DNA from: a virus
Lineage: Duplodnaviria; Caudoviricetes
IMG/VR virus record: IMGVR_UViG_3300022670_000218
Span: 1 to 48,194 of that record
Strand: one strand, 5' to 3'
Length of the DNA: 48,194 bases
Positions within the stretch are counted from its first letter, which is position 1, and each line of letters starts with the position of its first letter. Shown one piece after another: positions 19,469 to 28,494 of this stretch. The notes beneath the pieces are model-generated. The model worked only from the letters and a program-made list of their open reading frames with translations. It was not told the origin of the DNA and made no database searches. Both the position numbers and the translations under genes were made by a program.

Positions 19469-20737
19469 ATGAGTACAGAAACGAAAACAGAAGAATTAAA
19501 AATTGACCCGAAGGAATACGGGTTGGAAGATAAAAGCGTGGTAACTATTGAGCAGGCATTTCTGCCAAAGATTGCAGAACGTGACGGGTACGCAAAAATA
19601 TACGCTGAAATTATCAAGGAAGAAATTACGGTAGATCTGGTAAAGCGAGCCAGTAGATTAAGGAAAGATCTTGTTAAAACTAGAACTGGAATTTCTGATA
19701 TACACAGAACTCAAAAGGCTTTCTTTCTTGCGGCGGGTAAATTTGTTGATGCTCATAAAAACAGGGAGACTAAACCCGTTGAGCAAATGGAAGAGAAGTT
19801 GAAGGAGATTGAGAACTATTATGAGAATAAGGAGTCTGAGCGCAAAGAAAAACTGGCACAGGAACGTATGACGGAATTGGAGGGATTTGAAAAATACAAT
19901 GTTCCGGGACTCGGTGAAATGGAAGAGGACATTTACGACTTAGTGTTGAACGGTGCTAAGTTAAAGCATGGTGAAAAGATTGAAGGCGATCGTTTGGATC
20001 AGTTGGAAATTGCACGAGACACTAAAATAAGTGAGTTCAATGATTTCACAGAAGGAGTTGCACCGGATATTAGAAACTCAACTACAGAAGAGTTTGAGGC
20101 GTACATGGATACATTGCGCACCCGTAAATCCGATCATGACAAAAAGGAAGAGATGAAACGGGTTAAACAAGTGGTGTATGATGACAGATGGGAGAAATTA
20201 CTGCCTTTAACAAAGTTTACGGATGTCTCTGTTTTGACCTTAGAAACGTCCTCAACTGAATTCGGTAAAATGTTGTCTGATGCGGTAAAAAAGGATGAAG
20301 AGTTTACAAAAGAGCAGGCCAAAATCAAAGCTGAAAACGACAGGTTGGAAAAAGAAGCGGAGGAAAGTGAAGCAAAAATGAAAAAAGAGCGTCACCAATG
20401 GAATGTATTAAACCGAAAATCAGAAGCCAAAATCAAAAATGAACGTGAAGCTAACGCGGCCAAATTAAAGGCTCAGACGGAAGCAAAGGAGAAAGCGGAG
20501 GCCGAACTACAAGCTAAGGAAGAAAAGGAAGCACAAGCCAAGAAAGAAGCCGAGGATAAGAAAAGACAGGCCCAACTTGCACCGGATAAAGAGAAGCTTG
20601 AAAAATGGATTAATGATATGCACGTAAAAATTCCTGAATTATCATCATCACAATCCTACGCTTTTGCAAATATGGTAGACAATAAATTCAATGTTTTCCA
20701 ATTGTGGGCCTTGGAAGAGATCAGTAAACTAAAATAA
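19469..20737 (+). CDS. long coiled-coil protein of recombination module
   Basis: ~420 aa, E/K-rich; ATG 19469 preferred over TTG 19454. Confidence 0.65.
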   Translation: MSTETKTEELKIDPKEYGLEDKSVVTIEQAFLPKIAERDGYAKIYAEIIKEEITVDLVKRASRLRKDLVKTRTGISDIHRTQKAFFLAAGKFVDAHKNRETKPVEQMEEKLKEIENYYENKESERKEKLAQERMTELEGFEKYNVPGLGEMEEDIYDLVLNGAKLKHGEKIEGDRLDQLEIARDTKISEFNDFTEGVAPDIRNSTTEEFEAYMDTLRTRKSDHDKKEEMKRVKQVVYDDRWEKLLPLTKFTDVSVLTLETSSTEFGKMLSDAVKKDEEFTKEQAKIKAENDRLEKEAEESEAKMKKERHQWNVLNRKSEAKIKNEREANAAKLKAQTEAKEKAEAELQAKEEKEAQAKKEAEDKKRQAQLAPDKEKLEKWINDMHVKIPELSSSQSYAFANMVDNKFNVFQLWALEEISKLK

Positions 20738-20756
20738 ACAACAAACTAAGATTATT

Positions 20757-20969
20757 ATGAACAAACAACTATTAGAAAACCGGATCAATATATTCAACGA
20801 TGCTTACAAGGTGGGTGATAAAGTTGAGGTGATGAATACCCTGGACGGTGATGAAACCTTTGTTGATGAAATAAAGCATCCTGCAACCATCATGGGAGGG
20901 CATACAGCAATGGCATGGCTAAAGGATAAGGGTAGTTATGACCTGACATTTGTAAAAGGGAAAGCCTGA
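20757..20969 (+). CDS. hypothetical protein
   Basis: 70 aa. Confidence 0.55.
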   Translation: MNKQLLENRINIFNDAYKVGDKVEVMNTLDGDETFVDEIKHPATIMGGHTAMAWLKDKGSYDLTFVKGKA

Positions 20970-21008
20970 TATTTGGAATTCCCCTTAATTATCGCTTAGT
21001 TTGTAATC

Positions 21009-21124
21009 ACATAATTGCAAACCCGACCAAGGTAACAGCAAGAACTTATTTAAAAATCTCCTCTCGGAGTGGGTTACCTTTCAAACACCTTGGTCGGATT
21101 GTGGTAACCCTTTTTACACATTTT
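21009..21124 (+). ncRNA. structured leader RNA, copy 1 (5' 11-mer / hairpin-loop pairing plus U-tail)
   Basis: Homologous to 26299-26425 with compensatory changes; promoter-like TTTG-N20-TTAGTTTG upstream. Confidence 0.7.
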
Positions 21125-21381
21125 GGGGTCAATCAAAAGAAAACTTTAACCGTAAATGGTTATTGGATCGGGTACTTTCCTGTATCGTGTATCATGGTAT
21201 AGGGCTACAAACTTAGCGATGGAAGTACTAGCGCTTGGGTGTAATTCCCGAAGTCATGACGTTGCCGATGGCTCATCGGGAGATTGTTATTGATGTAGTT
21301 AGCTTTGGTAACTTTAGTTAACTACGTCACTCTGAAAGCCTCCGGTCTATCAATAGATTGTTTAACTTAAAGATTGATAAT

Positions 21382-21729
21382 ATGATAATCGAGACTAAAG
21401 AAGTTTACAAGTGCGAACATTGCCGAAAGTTGTATCAGATAAAAACCGCTTGTGAAAAACACGAATTTAAATGTTTAAAGAATCCAGACAATTTTAGAAT
21501 ATGTCATGGTTGCGATCACTTGGAGGTTCAAGAGAGAGCGTATTATTATGATACCTTCCACGGGGAGGATTCGCGAAATGTCAAGGTATTTTATTGTTCT
21601 AAGGTTGATACTCTTTTATATCCAATAAGAATTGAATTAGGAGATAATGGAGCGTTTGATTTTGGAGACATTTTAAATAAGCCTATGAAAAAGGAGTGCA
21701 AACATTTTGAGGAAAAGAATTATTTTTAA
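21382..21729 (+). CDS. Cys/His-rich putative zinc-binding protein
   Basis: YKCEHCRK..C.KHE..C and CHGCDH motifs. Confidence 0.6.
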   Translation: MIIETKEVYKCEHCRKLYQIKTACEKHEFKCLKNPDNFRICHGCDHLEVQERAYYYDTFHGEDSRNVKVFYCSKVDTLLYPIRIELGDNGAFDFGDILNKPMKKECKHFEEKNYF

Positions 21730-21745
21730 CTTAAATACTATAACT

Positions 21746-22036
21746 ATGAAACAATTGAATCTAACGAAAAAGCAACTACGATTAGTCGGATTTACTCGAA
21801 AGGTAGTTAAGGCGAGTCAGCCAGACGGGACTAAAAAGCCAAGAACAATTTACCGAATATCAATAATAAACGGATCAATTTATTGCAATGTGGATGAACC
21901 TGTTTACAAATGGTATATTGCTATGAGTGTAGGAGATGCATCAAATCATATTTGTATGGATATCTATTGTGCTTCTCAAATGTATGGTGTATTGGACGCT
22001 ATGGGGGCTAAGAATAATCTAATTATGGGATTATAA
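21746..22036 (+). CDS. hypothetical protein
   Basis: ATG 21746 in AACT-ATG context. Confidence 0.55.
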   Translation: MKQLNLTKKQLRLVGFTRKVVKASQPDGTKKPRTIYRISIINGSIYCNVDEPVYKWYIAMSVGDASNHICMDIYCASQMYGVLDAMGAKNNLIMGL

Positions 22037-22063
22037 AACAGAATTGAACTAAAGGATAAGACG

Positions 22064-22537
22064 ATGGAACATAAGGGTAAAATAGTTGCTTATATAGAAT
22101 ATCAAAATGGAATACCTCATTTTGCAATTACTGTTAATGATTCAGGAGGTATGACTCACTGGGATTTTGAAATTTTCTATGGCGATACAAAAAATATACG
22201 ATATTATGAGTCTGGCTCTGGTGGTAATATATCTTCGTTCGATTCTCCAAAATACATAGATGGTCTTAATGGATGTTATTATTGGATGTCGAATGTTGCT
22301 TCATTTAAAGATAAACCAAAGAACATAAAAGCAATTAATGAACCTCTTATTATTACGGGATATAATGGAACTAGTAAAAACCCTTTTGACCCAATAGTTA
22401 GTGAAGAAACTTATTCTTTAGATTATTGTGATAGGTGTCAACATTGGGACAATGAATATTGTAGACAACATCAATTCGAGGATGAAAATGATGATTATGT
22501 TTTAAAATATATTGATGACAAATCCTTAGTAGAATAG
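22064..22537 (+). CDS. hypothetical protein
   Basis: 157 aa. Confidence 0.55.
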   Translation: MEHKGKIVAYIEYQNGIPHFAITVNDSGGMTHWDFEIFYGDTKNIRYYESGSGGNISSFDSPKYIDGLNGCYYWMSNVASFKDKPKNIKAINEPLIITGYNGTSKNPFDPIVSEETYSLDYCDRCQHWDNEYCRQHQFEDENDDYVLKYIDDKSLVE

Positions 22538-22538
22538 T

Positions 22539-23012
22539 ATGAAAAATAGTAACTCATATAAAGACCTAGAAAGGCAATTAAAAGAGGCCCATAAAAAAGA
22601 TAAGTCCTTTAGCGCCGTGGATGTAATGAAAATTGTTGACAACTTCATTTATTTCTATGAAATAGAGACACAACCAAATAATTCCGGCAAATGGTTACTT
22701 GATCACTTATACGAGTGTACCAAGATAAGAAGAAAGGCACTGAACAAATCTAAGTTGAAGGAACGGTTAAAAACGTACTCAGTGAAGGAAATAAAGCAAG
22801 CCATTTTAAACGCCTCCAGGAGTTCACATCATATTGAAAGCGGGTTTAGATATATGCACGCGGAATTCTGGACCAGGAACAACGACATTATAGAAAAATG
22901 GCTGCATTCGAAGGTAGATGTTAAAGTTGATGTTAAAGTCAGTAATATTCGGCAGTCTGTGAATGATATTTACGAAGGACTTGGAACTTTTAACAATGAA
23001 AACGATGAATAA
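22539..23012 (+). CDS. putative replication initiator / replisome organiser-like protein
   Basis: ERLKTYSVKEIKQAI..AEFWTR..IEKWL resembles C-terminal domains of phage initiators (recall). Confidence 0.4.
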   Translation: MKNSNSYKDLERQLKEAHKKDKSFSAVDVMKIVDNFIYFYEIETQPNNSGKWLLDHLYECTKIRRKALNKSKLKERLKTYSVKEIKQAILNASRSSHHIESGFRYMHAEFWTRNNDIIEKWLHSKVDVKVDVKVSNIRQSVNDIYEGLGTFNNENDE

Positions 23013-23979
23013 TTTACCGGAAAAATCAACCAACTTAATCCACGGTTATACGTTCCCTGAGAATGAGGCGGCAATGATACGCGCAAATCCAAAAGAAAAT
23101 AGCACGGCGGTTTCAGTCCGTACCGTAACATCAGACCAAATAAAAGAGATACTTCAATCAATCGGTGTTCCTCTGGATAAAATACCTAGATACGATGCAA
23201 CTGTTCAGGATGTCATTTTAGTATGCATTCATACGGCTATCCAGAGATTAGGCCACAACAAGAAGCATTCCCAGGATGTTAAATTTACATGTGACGAAAT
23301 TTACAAATGGGTAAAATCATACAAGTACAGCTTATCCGTACAGGAACTTATACTGGCTATTCAACTGGGCAGTCAAGGGGAGTACAATGAGGACGTGGTT
23401 TACGTAAGTGCTACAAATGCTATCAGATGGGTTAAAACGTACCTCAACAGGCGCGAAATAGTTTTCAAGACGCTGAGTGTAGCAAAAGAAAAAGAAGCTC
23501 TTACGGGGTCTGAAATTGAGAGAAAGGAAAAGTTCATTGATTACTGGGAGAGATTCCCCGCAATGGTCCGGGATGAATTCCTTTTTTACAACGCCAACGG
23601 CACTACGTCTGAAAGCGTAGCAAGGATCATAACCGGATTGGAGAGGATAGGTTTTAAATCTAACGGAAAAGGGTTTTTATCTGAATTAATCCCCGTCGAA
23701 ACTAAACAGGAATGGAAGGAAGAAATTGAAAAGAGGCTAAAACCAGAACCTGTAACCAAAACCATTACCACATATAACGCTGAGACTGATAAACACGAAC
23801 ACACTAAGCACACTTTGGAGCCTCAAAAAATAGATGTCGTGTTATTCGGTGATGAGGTTATTGCTGAATGTAAGCGCAGGGCACTCATACATTGGTTTGA
23901 CGGCGTTGTAATGGTTGAAGTGGATGTGATTAAGCAATTGTGCGACAAAGCCGTTAAAAGAGCCTTAAAACGAAATTAA
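22996..23979 (+). CDS. putative helicase loader-like replication protein
   Basis: Follows initiator-like gene; LSVQELILAIQLGSQGEY motif; start uncertain. Confidence 0.4.
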   Translation: MKTMNNLPEKSTNLIHGYTFPENEAAMIRANPKENSTAVSVRTVTSDQIKEILQSIGVPLDKIPRYDATVQDVILVCIHTAIQRLGHNKKHSQDVKFTCDEIYKWVKSYKYSLSVQELILAIQLGSQGEYNEDVVYVSATNAIRWVKTYLNRREIVFKTLSVAKEKEALTGSEIERKEKFIDYWERFPAMVRDEFLFYNANGTTSESVARIITGLERIGFKSNGKGFLSELIPVETKQEWKEEIEKRLKPEPVTKTITTYNAETDKHEHTKHTLEPQKIDVVLFGDEVIAECKRRALIHWFDGVVMVEVDVIKQLCDKAVKRALKRN

Positions 23980-24006
23980 GGAATTGATAACTAAAAATAT
24001 AAAATA

Positions 24007-24651
24007 ATGGAAACAAAAGAACTTACAACCGATCAAATAGAATTATTATTTCAAATGTTTTGCAGTACTGATCACTACAGGGAAAATTTACAATCCCCAT
24101 TTAAAATAGACGGGATGTATTGCGCAACAGATGGTATCTCGATTGTATGGGTTAAAGAACAGGACGCAAATCTAAGTTTTGAAGAAAATCCAGATGCACC
24201 AGATGTACACAAGGTTTTACCTAAAGACTCTGAATTATATAAGAATTCAATTATTATTGATTTAAAAAAACTGAGTAAAGAAATACTTGAAAATAAATTA
24301 CCAGAGTTTGAAACATGCACTGATTGCAGAGGAAGTGGTTTTTTAACATGTGATTTAGATCATGAGCATGAATGTACTAATTGCGATGAAACAGGTAAAC
24401 AGCAATCTCTAGCAGTTTATGATTTCGGAATTGAAACAGGAAAAATGAGGCCACAATTGTTACATAGAATGTTAAATTTCTGTTATAGAATTGGTGAGAC
24501 AACAATTTTAATGACAAAAGGAAAACCGGATAAATCATGGTGTTTTGAAGCAGGTATTTTCAATATTATTTTAATGCCATATATGGTTTCTGATGATGAT
24601 GATGATGAATATAAATATTATAAAATTGACCTTAAACAACTGCAACCATAA
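24007..24651 (+). CDS. protein with DnaJ-type CxxCxGxG zinc finger and beta-clamp-like motifs
   Basis: CTDCRGSG..CTNCDETG; YCATDG, PDVHKVLP, ILMP segments. Confidence 0.5.
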   Translation: METKELTTDQIELLFQMFCSTDHYRENLQSPFKIDGMYCATDGISIVWVKEQDANLSFEENPDAPDVHKVLPKDSELYKNSIIIDLKKLSKEILENKLPEFETCTDCRGSGFLTCDLDHEHECTNCDETGKQQSLAVYDFGIETGKMRPQLLHRMLNFCYRIGETTILMTKGKPDKSWCFEAGIFNIILMPYMVSDDDDDEYKYYKIDLKQLQP

Positions 24652-24784
24652 AAATGATCTACTAACCCCTCACTCTATAGCACAGGACAATTTAAACAGG
24701 ATTAAAAAATGCAACTGACTGATAAAACAACAGAACCAAAAATAAATAAATAGAAAATAAAAACAGAAATAAAACAACAGAACC

Positions 24785-25195
24785 ATGAAATACGACTACA
24801 TAATAGGAATTGACCCTGGGGTAAATACAGGTATAGCTGTTTGGGATGTTGTGAATAAAAAAATAACAGCTGTAGGAAGTATGAAAATACATGAAGCCCT
24901 AGAAATAGCATCTATTTATAAAGGATGCTATTTCCGTGTAGAAGACGCTCGTAAACGTAAGTGGTACGGCAATGATTCAGTTGCTAAGAAACAAGGTGCC
25001 GGCAGTATCAAAAGAGACTGTAAAATTTGGGAGGACTTCTTGAACGATAAGAAGTTTAATTTCGAAATGATTCACCCGGTTAAAGGAGGAACAAAACTAA
25101 AAGCACTGGCCTTTAAAAAGCTTACAGGATGGACTAAGCAAACCAACTCCCATGGCAGGGACGCGGCAATACTCGTATATAAATTTAACAAGTAA
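24785..25195 (+). CDS. RuvC-like Holliday junction resolvase
   Basis: IIGIDPGVNTGIAVWD, VED and terminal H.RDA acidic motifs. Confidence 0.75.
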   Translation: MKYDYIIGIDPGVNTGIAVWDVVNKKITAVGSMKIHEALEIASIYKGCYFRVEDARKRKWYGNDSVAKKQGAGSIKRDCKIWEDFLNDKKFNFEMIHPVKGGTKLKALAFKKLTGWTKQTNSHGRDAAILVYKFNK

Positions 25196-25205
25196 TAACA
25201 CGACT

Positions 25206-25496
25206 ATGACAACACAGGAATTAAAAGACAGGTGGTATAAGATCCGAATAGAAGAAAGTAAAAAAGCAAGAACCGGAACTGGGGGAGCTGTCTGTGTAGA
25301 CGATGAGTTTGAATCAGCCGTTAGGTTTGCCAATGAATTTTACCAGAGCAAAATAGACGCTGTTACGAAAGAGGTTTCAAAAGAAGCTGACAGACGCTAT
25401 CCTATTGAGTCCGAAGGATTCCTTTCTTATAATTCGAGTGCCAATGAGGGTTTTACCGAATGTTTTAATTGGTTAAAAGAAAAACTAAAGCAGTAA
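25206..25496 (+). CDS. hypothetical protein (paralogue of next gene)
   Basis: Shares SKIDAVT and EKLKQ* with 25501-25782. Confidence 0.55.
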   Translation: MTTQELKDRWYKIRIEESKKARTGTGGAVCVDDEFESAVRFANEFYQSKIDAVTKEVSKEADRRYPIESEGFLSYNSSANEGFTECFNWLKEKLKQ

Positions 25497-25789
25497 GACT
25501 ATGAAAACCACACACGAAGTATTTAAGGAAGTATTAAAAGAACTTGGTTTTGACGGGTTTAAACCGGATCAGATGACTAATTCTGATTACTGGTTATGTA
25601 GCAACACGGCGATGAAGAGATTCGCAGAAGCCTACCACAATAGCAAAATAGACGCTGTTACGGAAGAAGAGATACATGTGGCCTGTGAACAGAGGAAATA
25701 CAGTATTACATACAACTCAGGACATCCAGAAGATGTTTTTTACATGGGTGTTAAATGGCGTGAAGAAAAACTAAAGCAGTAAGACTATG
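25347..25789 (+). repeat. two direct-repeat pairs (21 bp and 27 bp)
   Basis: AGCAAAATAGACGCTGTTACG at 25347 and 25642; AAGAAAAACTAAAGCAGTAAGACTATG at 25477 and 25763. Confidence 0.9.
25501..25782 (+). CDS. hypothetical protein (paralogue of previous gene)
   Basis: 93 aa. Confidence 0.55.
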   Translation: MKTTHEVFKEVLKELGFDGFKPDQMTNSDYWLCSNTAMKRFAEAYHNSKIDAVTEEEIHVACEQRKYSITYNSGHPEDVFYMGVKWREEKLKQ

Positions 25790-25869
25790 GCATTTGAATT
25801 AGGATATATTTTAATAGGTGTTTTTGCCTGGATATTTTTAAAGATTGTTGATTACAGACAGAGAAATAA

Positions 25870-26274
25870 ATGAAAGCTATATTCATAAAAACACTGGGAG
25901 GACTCAGGCCGGTAGACGACTGCAAAGCCTACAATCTTTTGAAGGTAGGAGAACAGACCGAACTGGATATTAAGACACCGCGTAACATCCGGTTCCATAA
26001 TAAGTTTTTTGCTCTTATAAATCTGGCATTCGTCAATCAGGAATTATACGTAAAACAAGACGATCTAAGAGAAGATTTAATCATAGCGGCCGGATTCTAT
26101 ACCACAAGGAAAAATCATATATCAGAGGCAGTTAAACTGGTAGCTGATAGCATTTCCTTCGCAAAGATGGATGATATAGAATTTGGAGAAGTTTACAACA
26201 GGGTTTTGGATCAGGTTTGGAGTATGTTGGGAGGTGAAAAACAGGATATTATCGATGAACTTTTGCGTTTTTGA
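25870..26274 (+). CDS. DUF1367 / NinB-like protein
   Basis: PRNIRFHNKFFALINLAF, AAGFY, SISFAKMDDIEFGEVY motifs. Confidence 0.75.
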   Translation: MKAIFIKTLGGLRPVDDCKAYNLLKVGEQTELDIKTPRNIRFHNKFFALINLAFVNQELYVKQDDLREDLIIAAGFYTTRKNHISEAVKLVADSISFAKMDDIEFGEVYNRVLDQVWSMLGGEKQDIIDELLRF

Positions 26275-26298
26275 TATATTATACGTTACTTTACAGTT

Positions 26299-26425
26299 AC
26301 ATAATTGCAAACACCTCCGACAGGAACTAGCAAAAAGAACTTATTGAAAAATCCAGATCACACTGGTGGGTTATCGAATCTAAAACTGTCGGAGGTTTAG
26401 CGATAACCCCTTTTTCTACATTTTC
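26299..26425 (+). ncRNA. structured leader RNA, copy 2
   Basis: Homologous to 21009-21124; ACCTCCGACAG / CTGTCGGAGGT pairing; GGGTTATCG / CGATAACCC stem plus U-tail. Confidence 0.7.
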
Positions 26426-26681
26426 CTGTGGGTGCTATTTAGGGTATAAAGAAAAGTACAAGAACAGCCGTTTGGTGGAGCTATCGAGGGAAGGACTACG
26501 GGCACGGAAACAAGGGCAACGCATTAGACAAGATAAAAAATATAAGACGTGACAACGAAAGACTAGCGCGTTTCAGGCGGGAACCTGATAAACATTGACG
26601 GCATCCGACAAACTCAACGGAGAACGTTTACAGGTGGTTAACTACCATTTTAAACACCTTCTAAATCTAACAAAGAATGTT

Positions 26682-26924
26682 ATGGGCAAATGTGATAAAG
26701 GGTATCAGGGGGAGTGCTGTTGCGGATGTGTAAACAGAATGAAACTGCATAGACATTGCTGTGTTGATAAAAAGGAAAGTGAGGATGGTTGCATTTGCTC
26801 TCAACAGGTAGAAATAAATAATGATCCAATGTGGGTATGTATTATTGATATTAAAATGGGAGGTGACAGAGCTAATTTAAGTCATGAGCACGGGTGTTGT
26901 GAGTTGTGGGAAAGTAAGAAATAA
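26682..26924 (+). CDS. Cys-rich hypothetical protein
   Basis: ATG 26682; many Cys residues. Confidence 0.5.
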   Translation: MGKCDKGYQGECCCGCVNRMKLHRHCCVDKKESEDGCICSQQVEINNDPMWVCIIDIKMGGDRANLSHEHGCCELWESKK

Positions 26925-26971
26925 CAGCCTTTAAGGTATAACAAAAGTAAGTTTAAATAAATACTACAACT

Positions 26972-27115
26972 ATGAAGAAATACGAATCAATTGTTTGGAT
27001 TCCAGAAGAGGAAACACTTGGACATTTATTAAACAACTTAGAATTTAAGTACACTAAAATATATCAAATGTTTATGGAACTCCCCGGACTATACGTAATA
27101 ATACTAGAACTATGA
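26972..27115 (+). CDS. 47-aa hypothetical protein (not in ORF track)
   Basis: MKKYESIVWIPEE..., TACAACT-ATG context, ATGA overlap with next gene. Confidence 0.5.
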   Translation: MKKYESIVWIPEEETLGHLLNNLEFKYTKIYQMFMELPGLYVIILEL

Positions 27116-27495
27116 AAACACTAATATACTATTCTCTTCAAGACAAAGATAACGACAGAGACCCTAAAGAAACTAACTTCGAATCAGGATTCAAGGAAAT
27201 TGCAAACGCATTAGCTATACAGATAGCGTATGGAAAATCCTCTGAATTCTACAATCAAAACATAGTGTATGTATGTGGCTTTGATAAAAAGAATAACGAC
27301 TTAGAATTACCTGTATTCGTAGGCAATGAAAACATACTAAACGACATGGTTTATATCTGTCAGAATGAAATGTATGATTTATTGTTTGACTCTATATTTG
27401 TACAGGAGTACCGTTCTTATGAGACTGCTTACGAAGTGGCCTTAATGATGAAAGAGTCTTCTATGATGTGTTATAAAGCGGATGAAATAGAGTAA
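27112..27495 (+). CDS. hypothetical protein
   Basis: 127 aa. Confidence 0.55.
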   Translation: MKTLIYYSLQDKDNDRDPKETNFESGFKEIANALAIQIAYGKSSEFYNQNIVYVCGFDKKNNDLELPVFVGNENILNDMVYICQNEMYDLLFDSIFVQEYRSYETAYEVALMMKESSMMCYKADEIE

Positions 27496-27525
27496 ATAAA
27501 TCAATAGAACCTTAACAATACAACT

Positions 27526-27756
27526 ATGCAGACACACAGTGCAAAAGCTAAATACCATCCAGACAACCGTCCAGTGCGCGTCTTTGTATGTCCTTGTGGA
27601 GGGAATAACATTATGATGGCCGGACAACCAAAAGATAATCCGACATTAAAAGAAAGAAGGGAAATTGGAGAACTAATTACAATGGGTTGTACAATAATGA
27701 ACATAACCATTAAGGAATTCAGAAAAATAGATTTCACATTTTGCGACAAGCATTAA
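27526..27756 (+). CDS. hypothetical protein
   Basis: 76 aa. Confidence 0.5.
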   Translation: MQTHSAKAKYHPDNRPVRVFVCPCGGNNIMMAGQPKDNPTLKERREIGELITMGCTIMNITIKEFRKIDFTFCDKH

Positions 27757-27778
27757 ATAAACCTTAACAAAGAACATT

Positions 27779-27961
27779 ATGACGAGTGAGAAATTTGTAC
27801 GGGGTCAATACAAAGATGCTCTTGTAATTAAAAGTTCAACGCCATACATTTACGATTGTAAGGAATCATTCATGGGCAAAGTAATTGCAACCGGTAAAAA
27901 CCCATCAAACGCATGGACTAACGCAAGGAAGAAAGTGTATAAAAAACTATTTGAAATATAA
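27779..27961 (+). CDS. hypothetical protein
   Basis: 60 aa. Confidence 0.5.
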   Translation: MTSEKFVRGQYKDALVIKSSTPYIYDCKESFMGKVIATGKNPSNAWTNARKKVYKKLFEI

Positions 27962-27972
27962 AATATACAACT

Positions 27973-28173
27973 ATGAAAGAGACAACCTTAAAAGTAACCA
28001 ATTGCATAGACTGTATATTTTGTGGCATGGGAGGATGGGAAGGAGAGGTAAACGAATGTTTGGCGGTAAGTAAACAAATTCAGGAGAAGGGCGCTAAATC
28101 ACATGAAATACCTAAAATAATTCCAACATGGTGCCCTCTAAAGAATGGTAAAATTACGGTAGAATTAAAATAA
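27973..28173 (+). CDS. small Cys-rich protein
   Basis: CIDCIFC..C..IPTWCPL pattern. Confidence 0.55.
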   Translation: MKETTLKVTNCIDCIFCGMGGWEGEVNECLAVSKQIQEKGAKSHEIPKIIPTWCPLKNGKITVELK

Positions 28174-28189
28174 ACTTAACTATACAGCT

Positions 28190-28468
28190 ATGACAAAGAA
28201 TAGAGCAATTTATAAATTCATGTTAAAGATACAGGACGAGCAACAAGTTGAATTACCTGCATACAGCGAGGTGTTAAAAGTTAATGAACAAAATGGAAAC
28301 ATGTGCTTATGGGCTATTGTAGATGTAAATGAGAAAACTATTGTTCCGTTGAAAATAAATATTTACGGAACAGGCAGCACTATAGGAGAGCAAATGTTCA
28401 AGCATAATTATTTAGACTCGGTATTAATGAATGATGGTTTGGTTTGGCATATATTCTACGGATTTTGA
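28190..28468 (+). CDS. conserved hypothetical phage protein
   Basis: IYKF..LP..EVL.V..Q..LWAIVD..IYGTG..VWHIF pattern. Confidence 0.6.
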   Translation: MTKNRAIYKFMLKIQDEQQVELPAYSEVLKVNEQNGNMCLWAIVDVNEKTIVPLKINIYGTGSTIGEQMFKHNYLDSVLMNDGLVWHIFYGF

Positions 28469-28494
28469 AATTAAATAAACCTTAATACAATAAC

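Noticed and set aside
22911-22940. Short tandem repeat (KVDVKVDVKV) in the initiator-like gene as iterons
   Set aside because: Only about 2.5 copies of a 12-bp coding repeat; insufficient for an origin call
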